IMG/VR virus record: IMGVR_UViG_3300033066_000802
Span: 90,612-154,611 of that record
Strand: one strand, 5' to 3'
From: a virus
Taxonomy: Duplodnaviria; Caudoviricetes
DNA length: 64,000 nucleotides
Below the pieces are notes generated by a model. The model saw nothing but the letters and a program-made list of their open reading frames with translations, did no database searches and had not been told where the DNA came from. Numbering within the stretch: the stretch's first letter is position 1; every line of letters begins with the position of its first letter. The translations under genes and the position numbers were made by a program. This document shows, in pieces, positions 28,679 to 35,698 of this stretch.

Positions 28679-31447
28679 ATGGCTAATAAAATACCAGTTG
28701 AAATAAGGGCTAAAGAAATACTATTAAATTATAATGGAACAAACGATTACCTTCTCGAATTAAAGTCGACTTTAATAAACAAAAAGACTTTACCATTTAC
28801 TCCAAATCTATGTACCTATATCATTAATAATCACAAAGTTAAGCCAGTAATAATTAATAACAAATTTTTATTACATAAGAGTTTAAGAAAATATTTACAA
28901 TTACACTATAAATTACAATTTGAACCAGAATTTATCTACGTCAATAAACTATTGACAAGGAAAAAAGATAATTTACATATTTGGGGATGTTTTTCAGATG
29001 ATTGTAAGTATTATTTTTCAATCTTCATTGATAAGAATGCAATGAAGAAGACTAAGAATGTTGAATTACCATCTTTTGATGATTATAAAAGACCGCCACT
29101 ACCACACCAATTACCAGCTATAAAAACATTATTAGAAAATGATAAATTTATTCTGGCTGATGATATGGGTTTAGCGAAAACAAGTTCAGCTATTGTTGCT
29201 GCAATTCTTGGAAACTACCAAAGAATTCTTGTTGTATGTCCAGCCACACTTAAACTAAACTGGAAAAAAGAAATATCCATATATGATGACCCAAGTAACA
29301 TATCTGTTATTGAGGGTTCGGATTTTACATTCAAAAAATGGACAATCATAAATTACGATATACTTAAAAACTTCCACTTTTTAAAGGAAAAGGGTGAGGA
29401 TGAGGTTAAACCGTCAATAATAGATTTTTATAAATATGACCTTATCATTGCTGATGAGTGTTTTCCATATAAAACTTTAGTGGATACCGATAAAGGTAAA
29501 TTAGAAATTGGTAATATAGTTGAAAACTGTTTAGATGTTAAAATATTATCATATAATTTAAAAAATTCTAAATTAGAATACAAACGAATTAATAGATGGA
29601 TTAAAAAAGAAAGTAACACTATATTAAAAATATCACTTCAAAACGAAAAATTTATAGAGTGTACACCTAATCATAAAATATATGTTAAAGATAGGGGTTA
29701 TATTAGAGCAGATAAAATATTAAAAAATGATGAATTATATACATTGCAAAAACCCAGTGACAAAAAATTGTCAATTCTGTGGAAAACAGATGATTCTAAC
29801 AGGGAAACGGAAGAAAAATCGATTCTGCGATACTGTTTGTTCAGCAAAATGGAAAATGAACCAACCAGAGATAAAAAAGAAAATTCACAATCCAGAAGTT
29901 TACAAAAAAGCAAAAATATCAAATATAGAAAATTACAAGAAAAATCCACAACGTGCAAAAGATTCATCAGATCGTATGAAAAAAAACAACCCAATGATGA
30001 ATATAGAAACGTTGGAGAAAATGAAAAATTCATTGAAAGGGAAAACCTTTTTATCAAGAGGTGGGAACGGAAAAACAACAATACAAGAACAAAAAATGAA
30101 AAATATTTTGGGTGTTGGCTGGGAACTACATTACGCAATAAAAACATCGATGGTAAAAACAATGTTCAAATCCTTACCGCCAGCATATCAAGTAGATTTA
30201 GGAAACGAAGATTTAAAAATCGCAATAGAGGTGGACGGAAAAACACATCTAACAAAAAAATGGAAATTTCTGGACAAAAGAAAAACGGAAGTATTAGAAG
30301 CGTTAGGGTGGAAAATATTGAGATTTTGGAATCAGGATGTGGACGATCAAATAGAAAATTGTTTGACGAAGATAAACGAGTTTATAACATCGAAGTAGCC
30401 GATAACCATAATTATTTTGCTGATAATATATTAGTTAGTAATTGTCATTATTTGAAAAACGCTTCAGCTAATCGTACCAAATTATTCAACGACTTTGCTT
30501 TAAAAATCAATACCAGGTGGCTTTTAACAGGTACACCTATTACAAGTAAACCAATTAATTTATATAATCTTTTATTATTATGTGATTCACCTTTGGCTAA
30601 TAATTGGGTTAGTTATGTTAGAAGGTACTGCGCTGGTAAACAATTCAATAGAAAGGGTACCACCCAAAAATATTGGGTAACTGATGGAGCAACAAATTTG
30701 GAAGAACTAAATGATTATATTAGTGATATATTATTACGTAGGTTAAAAAAAGATTCTGTTGAGTTACCACAAAAAACGGTTAAACCAATCTTCTTACCGT
30801 TATCCTCATCAAAAAGGTATAATGAATACATGATTGAATACCAGGAATGGTATAATGATATGGTTGAAAATGGTCTTGAGCCAAAACCAACGGAACATCT
30901 GACCCAACTGATTAAAATCAGACAATTATTATCTGAGGATAAAATGAGTAATACAATTAAGATTGCAGAAGATCTCATTGAAGAAGGTCATAAGGTAATC
31001 ATATTTTCTTGTTTCACCAACACCATACGTGGTATTCATGAGCATTTTGGTAAAGAATCCGTATTGATTGATGGTGCTATAAACTCTAAAAATAGAGATA
31101 TTGCTGTGGAAAAGTTCCAGAATGATAAGAAAGTCAAAGTATTTTGTGGTAATCTTATTGCCGCTGGCGCTGGCATTACTTTAACCGAAGGTACAATTGT
31201 AATATTTAATGACCTTGATTGGTTACCAGGAAACCATGCCCAGGCGAGTGATCGAGCCTATAGAATAGGTCAAACAAAAGATGTACATATTATATATATG
31301 TTGATTGATGACACATTGGATAATATGATGTATACAAGACTTCAAGAGAAAATAAAGGAAATCAATACTGTTATGGGTGATGAACATACGGAAGATGTAT
31401 CACTACTTAATGCTGTGGTTAGTAATTTATTAGTGGAAAGTAAGTAG
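28679..31447 (+). CDS. SNF2/HARP-like superfamily 2 helicase containing an intein
   Basis: LADDMGLAKT (I), VVCPA (Ia), DE|CH (II, split by intein), LTGTP (III), GAGITLT (V), QASDRAYRIGQ (VI). Confidence 0.93.
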   Translation: MANKIPVEIRAKEILLNYNGTNDYLLELKSTLINKKTLPFTPNLCTYIINNHKVKPVIINNKFLLHKSLRKYLQLHYKLQFEPEFIYVNKLLTRKKDNLHIWGCFSDDCKYYFSIFIDKNAMKKTKNVELPSFDDYKRPPLPHQLPAIKTLLENDKFILADDMGLAKTSSAIVAAILGNYQRILVVCPATLKLNWKKEISIYDDPSNISVIEGSDFTFKKWTIINYDILKNFHFLKEKGEDEVKPSIIDFYKYDLIIADECFPYKTLVDTDKGKLEIGNIVENCLDVKILSYNLKNSKLEYKRINRWIKKESNTILKISLQNEKFIECTPNHKIYVKDRGYIRADKILKNDELYTLQKPSDKKLSILWKTDDSNRETEEKSILRYCLFSKMENEPTRDKKENSQSRSLQKSKNIKYRKLQEKSTTCKRFIRSYEKKQPNDEYRNVGENEKFIERENLFIKRWERKNNNTRTKNEKYFGCWLGTTLRNKNIDGKNNVQILTASISSRFRKRRFKNRNRGGRKNTSNKKMEISGQKKNGSIRSVRVENIEILESGCGRSNRKLFDEDKRVYNIEVADNHNYFADNILVSNCHYLKNASANRTKLFNDFALKINTRWLLTGTPITSKPINLYNLLLLCDSPLANNWVSYVRRYCAGKQFNRKGTTQKYWVTDGATNLEELNDYISDILLRRLKKDSVELPQKTVKPIFLPLSSSKRYNEYMIEYQEWYNDMVENGLEPKPTEHLTQLIKIRQLLSEDKMSNTIKIAEDLIEEGHKVIIFSCFTNTIRGIHEHFGKESVLIDGAINSKNRDIAVEKFQNDKKVKVFCGNLIAAGAGITLTEGTIVIFNDLDWLPGNHAQASDRAYRIGQTKDVHIIYMLIDDTLDNMMYTRLQEKIKEINTVMGDEHTEDVSLLNAVVSNLLVESK
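29459..30442 (+). mobile_element. intein (328 aa) inserted in the helicase DECH motif
   Basis: Block A CFPYKTLVDT, block B CTPNHKIY, block F VYNIEVADNHNYFA, terminal VSN followed by +1 Cys; excision restores IIADECHYLKN. Confidence 0.93.
29727..30398 (+). CDS. DUF559/Vsr-like homing endonuclease overprinted in the +1 frame inside the intein
   Basis: 223 aa with its own ATG and TAG; CQFCGK...FCDTVC zinc motif, NPM/NUMOD-like linker, VDLG...IAIEVDGKTH...DKRK...LEALGWKILRFWN. Confidence 0.9.
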   Translation: MMNYIHCKNPVTKNCQFCGKQMILTGKRKKNRFCDTVCSAKWKMNQPEIKKKIHNPEVYKKAKISNIENYKKNPQRAKDSSDRMKKNNPMMNIETLEKMKNSLKGKTFLSRGGNGKTTIQEQKMKNILGVGWELHYAIKTSMVKTMFKSLPPAYQVDLGNEDLKIAIEVDGKTHLTKKWKFLDKRKTEVLEALGWKILRFWNQDVDDQIENCLTKINEFITSK

Positions 31448-32527
31448 AACTGATCTAACATCTGGACGCATTGCAGCATCATCACCATCATCTGGTGTAA
31501 CAATTACACTATAGATTTTGTCTTTACCTACAGGTGTTTGCATCATTTCATCATACGTTAATACGGTGTTCAGGTCTAACTTAAATTTTTCAGCTACCCG
31601 TTTCTTTAATGTTGCGAGATCCACAATTTTATTCAGATTTAGATCCGAAAATAACTCTTTTGGTATTACATCAGACGTACTCTGGGTGGTAAAATCGACT
31701 TTATCAGTTTGTTTTTTGTTAGCGCCGTTAGAAAACCTGGCTAATTTAAATTCTGGGTCTGCGGCAACATCGGCAACCTTAGTATACATGTAGTCACCAA
31801 TATTATATCCCTCAGCTGTTAATATACTTATTACATTTTTTGCTATTTGTACATATTTTTTGGTGAAAAAATCACCAGAATCATTCCATCTGATGATTAC
31901 CTTATGTCTAAAACCACTATATGCTTGGTGTTCCCTACATTTAATTCTCAACTCTTTACACATTTGTTCCTGATATTTTTCAGGGAAATTAAGTAAGTAG
32001 TTTAATCTCCTGGTCATACTATCATATGATCCTGGGTAGTGTATATACTCACCTTTCAAGGCATAACAAAAATTAGCGCAAGCACCCGCACCTGGACATG
32101 TATTTATATAATAAAATTTCTCCTTATTAAGGTCGTAAGCGATACCTCTAAAAGCTGGGATACCAGTTTTGTAAACAAATTCGTTAGCACCACCAGTTTT
32201 TAGTATTTTATCGTTTGTATTAACGGTATTTTTAGGCGGTGCTGTGATTCTTTTTATAAATTCTTGAACATCAACAAATTCTTTTTCTTTAATGAAGAAG
32301 GATGATTTTGCATGTATATATGGTTGTGATTTTGGAAATTTATCTCTTTCACCGTAGTTTTTAAAAGCATTTGCTCTGACTGAGTTTAAATATTCAACAA
32401 CGTCTTTAGGGTTTGGACACGTTTTTTGAACATCACTAAAGTCACCTTCCCAATCAATTTCATTTAATTCGGTACCTGAATGTGTCCTAATTTTGTTTAA
32501 TGATTCTATTAACGTGACTTTTTTCAT
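31430..32527 (-). CDS. GP88-like protein (Cys-cluster, radical-SAM-like fold)
   Basis: TCPGAGACANFCYALKG and IRWNDSGDFF, plus YTK, characteristic of the phage gene-88 family. Confidence 0.75.
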   Translation of the reverse strand: MKKVTLIESLNKIRTHSGTELNEIDWEGDFSDVQKTCPNPKDVVEYLNSVRANAFKNYGERDKFPKSQPYIHAKSSFFIKEKEFVDVQEFIKRITAPPKNTVNTNDKILKTGGANEFVYKTGIPAFRGIAYDLNKEKFYYINTCPGAGACANFCYALKGEYIHYPGSYDSMTRRLNYLLNFPEKYQEQMCKELRIKCREHQAYSGFRHKVIIRWNDSGDFFTKKYVQIAKNVISILTAEGYNIGDYMYTKVADVAADPEFKLARFSNGANKKQTDKVDFTTQSTSDVIPKELFSDLNLNKIVDLATLKKRVAEKFKLDLNTVLTYDEMMQTPVGKDKIYSVIVTPDDGDDAAMRPDVRSVLLTFH

Positions 32528-32564
32528 ATTTTATTTTTTACTTTTTTCATATTTTATTTTTTAC
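32519..32564. repeat. 23-nt tandem duplication of the start region of 31430..32527
   Basis: ttttttcatattttattttttac at 32519 and 32542. Confidence 0.9.
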
Positions 32565-32594
32565 TTTTGTATACACTGTTCTGCTGTTACAAAC

Positions 32595-32610
32595 TATTTA
32601 TAGATAAATA
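32595..32610. promoter_or_regulatory. paired opposite-strand TATTTAT late-promoter motifs
   Basis: TATTTAT-ag-ATAAATA between divergent genes 32527(-) and 32619(+). Confidence 0.6.
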
Positions 32611-32618
32611 TTATACAA

Positions 32619-33713
32619 ATGAGAATAAGCCCAGCGGAAAGAGAAAAAATTTACAGACAAGCCAAACATAGATTAGGTGAACCAATTAGAAAAGTTCAAC
32701 TTAAAGATGAGGCTTTAGATAGTTTATTGGAAATTGCCACCGAGGACTATGTTGAATATATACAAAATTATTTAATAGAACAACAATGGCCCTCACTTAT
32801 AGGTATAAATGTCACAGAAGCTGACTTAACCAGAGCTTTTATTAATAGAAACTACGATTTATTAACACAATACACATATTCATACTCTAAAATTGTGGGT
32901 CTTGGTGCGGGTGAAGGTGGATATGTATTAAAAAAAGATTATATAACATTACTATCTGGTGTTCAAATGTATGAAATACCTGCAAACAGAGAAATAAACG
33001 AGGTTTTGTGGTATAACCCACCAACAATGAGCCAAGCCATGATTGACCCATTCCTGGGTGTGTGGAATAATCAATTTGGTGGTCAATTAGGTATTGGTCT
33101 TGGTAGTAATTACATATTACCCGCATTTGACATACTTATGAGGCAATCAGACATCAATCTTAAAAATAGGATGATGAAGGGTGAGTTACTTTATAAAATA
33201 ACTGGTGCGCCTGGTGGTAAAAAATATTTACATATTTTTAATGTACCTGGCGGTACTTATGATAGAAATACTGCGATTATTCAAACTGGTAGGGTTTGGT
33301 ATTGGTATTACGATATTAATGGTAATAGAGAAGATTGTTTAGCTAAAAACAAAGATATTATTAAAACACCTTCCGATGTACCTCTTGATGATGTGTCTTT
33401 TGAAGATTTAAACGATCCTTCAAAAGTTTGGATTAGACGTTATTTTATAGCGTTGTGTAAAGAAACTTTGGGTAGAATCAGAGGTTATGCTAACGGTAAG
33501 GTACCTATTAGTGAAACAGCCAGTTTGGATCTTGAGTATCAATCGCTTTATACTGAAGGTAAAGATGAAATGATGGTATTAAAACAAGAATTATCTGATA
33601 GATTAGCTAAATTCCACCCAACCGAAACCTTAAAGAGAATGGCGACTGAAGCTGAAGAGATAAATAAAGCTCTTAAATTCAGACCTATGCCAAAACCAAT
33701 TAAAATAATATAA
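32619..33713 (+). CDS. neck protein/head-tail adaptor (T4 gp13-like)
   Basis: RLGEPIRKVQL at the N-terminus; WIRRYFIALCKETLGRIRG...EGKDE at the C-terminus. Confidence 0.8.
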   Translation: MRISPAEREKIYRQAKHRLGEPIRKVQLKDEALDSLLEIATEDYVEYIQNYLIEQQWPSLIGINVTEADLTRAFINRNYDLLTQYTYSYSKIVGLGAGEGGYVLKKDYITLLSGVQMYEIPANREINEVLWYNPPTMSQAMIDPFLGVWNNQFGGQLGIGLGSNYILPAFDILMRQSDINLKNRMMKGELLYKITGAPGGKKYLHIFNVPGGTYDRNTAIIQTGRVWYWYYDINGNREDCLAKNKDIIKTPSDVPLDDVSFEDLNDPSKVWIRRYFIALCKETLGRIRGYANGKVPISETASLDLEYQSLYTEGKDEMMVLKQELSDRLAKFHPTETLKRMATEAEEINKALKFRPMPKPIKII

Positions 33714-33715
33714 CT

Positions 33716-35245
33716 ATGTATAACCTATTCTTACACGAATCCGAGTTTGATTTCGTCTTAACTGACGATACCATAATTTATGATCGTAATTATAGTGACT
33801 ACGAAGCTTTTAATATTGATGTAACGGCAAGTTTATCATCAATATCGGGTATTAGCTTGGATGATAGTGTAACACTAAATAATATTATTTTAACTGGTTA
33901 TGATAATTTTTTAATACCAGATATTAATATAACTGGTCATACCATAACCAGCGGTAGTACATTTACTTTACATGCCGTTTCTGGTTATAGTGGAAATATA
34001 ATATATGATATATTAACAGGTAGCACATTTAATCAGTTAAATGGTGGATTCTATCAAGGGTTCTTTAAATTATATAGTTATCCTGTTGAATATTTTAAAG
34101 TTAGAGCAACAAAGGGTTGGACTGTAAATATGTTAATAACAAACCCAATGAGTTCAGGTACAACCACTGGGGATACATTAAACACCTTACACCCAGAAAA
34201 TAATGGTTTTATATTCTATCTTGGTACTCGTGCTGAAAATAAATATTATACTGTTACAGGGTCAGCTATCGATAATTTAAGTACAATTCTTGGGATACCC
34301 GAATCGGGTATAACAACCCCAGTATATACTGGGGAAACCATAGGTAGAATTAATGATGATTTATCAAATGGTTTAATTACCCAAGAAAATTTATATACTA
34401 ATGAAGATATTTTTACTCTCAGCGGTACAACATATTCTGGATTTTATAATGTGAAGGATGGTGTTTATTATACTGGTAGAACATATGACGGTACAGGTCA
34501 GTTAGTTAAAAGTGATCTTAAAAGATATGATGATATTATTAACAATGCTTTTGGTGTCTTCATAACTGAGGATGGTCATATCGGGTACAAAAATATTTAT
34601 AAAACAGACAGGTGTGATTCGGGTACAACCGACAACCCAATTCAAGATGCCAGTACTATCACAAATAACAGCTTTATTGATATTACAACTGATTGTGATA
34701 TTAATAAGATTGAAGAAATTAAAACCAAATATTTCACAATCAGAAAAGTTACAACAAAAAATAGTGTTATTAGTATTGATACTGATAGACGTTTTTTAAA
34801 TGTAACGGTTGTATTTAATAGAGATTTTGAATATGGTAATAATTGCTTACTGGAATATGGGAAACATAAAATTGGTAAATTACAAATATATATTAACGGT
34901 ATTTTGATTTTTAAGGATAATAATTTTACTGAGGTTATACCACATATTTTGGATACTAATTACTTCTACCAAGAGGGTGTACCTTTTAATATTTCGTTTG
35001 GTGGTGGTAGTCAAGGTTTATTAGATTCTGTTGATGTATTAGATGATTATAATAACCCATATAATCATCCGATTATTGATGAATTTTTTAGCGGAACCTA
35101 TATCGGTGGTGTTAGATTAATTAAAATGTATATGACACCATTATATGCAACTGAAATAAAAAAAGAAGTAAATAACATAAAAAACACTTACAATCTGTAT
35201 GTTTTACAGGGTGGAAGACGTGTACTACTAAAAAATCTATACTAA
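33716..35245 (+). CDS. virion structural protein, lectin/LamG-like beta-rich
   Basis: 509 aa, T/G/S-rich; LQIYINGIL...ISFGGG...GGVRLIKMYMTPL resembles a LamG C-terminus. Confidence 0.55.
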   Translation: MYNLFLHESEFDFVLTDDTIIYDRNYSDYEAFNIDVTASLSSISGISLDDSVTLNNIILTGYDNFLIPDINITGHTITSGSTFTLHAVSGYSGNIIYDILTGSTFNQLNGGFYQGFFKLYSYPVEYFKVRATKGWTVNMLITNPMSSGTTTGDTLNTLHPENNGFIFYLGTRAENKYYTVTGSAIDNLSTILGIPESGITTPVYTGETIGRINDDLSNGLITQENLYTNEDIFTLSGTTYSGFYNVKDGVYYTGRTYDGTGQLVKSDLKRYDDIINNAFGVFITEDGHIGYKNIYKTDRCDSGTTDNPIQDASTITNNSFIDITTDCDINKIEEIKTKYFTIRKVTTKNSVISIDTDRRFLNVTVVFNRDFEYGNNCLLEYGKHKIGKLQIYINGILIFKDNNFTEVIPHILDTNYFYQEGVPFNISFGGGSQGLLDSVDVLDDYNNPYNHPIIDEFFSGTYIGGVRLIKMYMTPLYATEIKKEVNNIKNTYNLYVLQGGRRVLLKNLY

Positions 35246-35647
35246 ATGGTATTCAATATAAGAAAAAATGCGACTTTACCTATATTAAGGTTGGCGTTAT
35301 ATAACGATGGTAGAGATACCTATAAAAAATTTCAAGAAAATTTACCTAATGCGGCAATTACATTCTCAATGAGGGATGTTAAAACTGGTGTTTATAAGGT
35401 TGCAAATAAACCTGGGGTTCTTTATTTAAAGGATCCTTGCACTACCGATAGCGAACCAGAATATTACATAGGGTATCAATTCACCTCTAACGATACTGAC
35501 ACTTGTGGTGTTTTCGAAGGTCAATTCAAATTACAATTAGTTAATATTGACAATACACTTATCGGTGAATTAATAACACCAATACGTGAAGATTTATTTA
35601 TACACATCAACGATAGTTTTAACAAATCCCAAACTTATTACGAGTAA
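35246..35647 (+). CDS. Ig-like virion protein (BppU N-terminal-like)
   Basis: FNIRKNATLPIL...ITFSM...YQFTSNDTDTCGVFEGQF. Confidence 0.55.
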   Translation: MVFNIRKNATLPILRLALYNDGRDTYKKFQENLPNAAITFSMRDVKTGVYKVANKPGVLYLKDPCTTDSEPEYYIGYQFTSNDTDTCGVFEGQFKLQLVNIDNTLIGELITPIREDLFIHINDSFNKSQTYYE

Positions 35648-35650
35648 AAT

Positions 35651-35681
35651 TTTGTTTTTAAGGTTTATTTTATTAAATTTG
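35651..35681 (+). promoter_or_regulatory. Bacteroidota-type housekeeping promoter
   Basis: TTTG(35651)-N19-TAAATTTG(35674) matches the -33 TTTG / -7 TAnnTTTG consensus; upstream of the polymerase. Confidence 0.65.
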
Positions 35682-35698
35682 TTAATTAAGTTGACCAT

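Noticed and set aside
29698-30162. 154-aa minus-strand ORF inside the intein (a third coding frame)
   Set aside because: F/L/S-rich antisense shadow of an A-rich strand with no motifs
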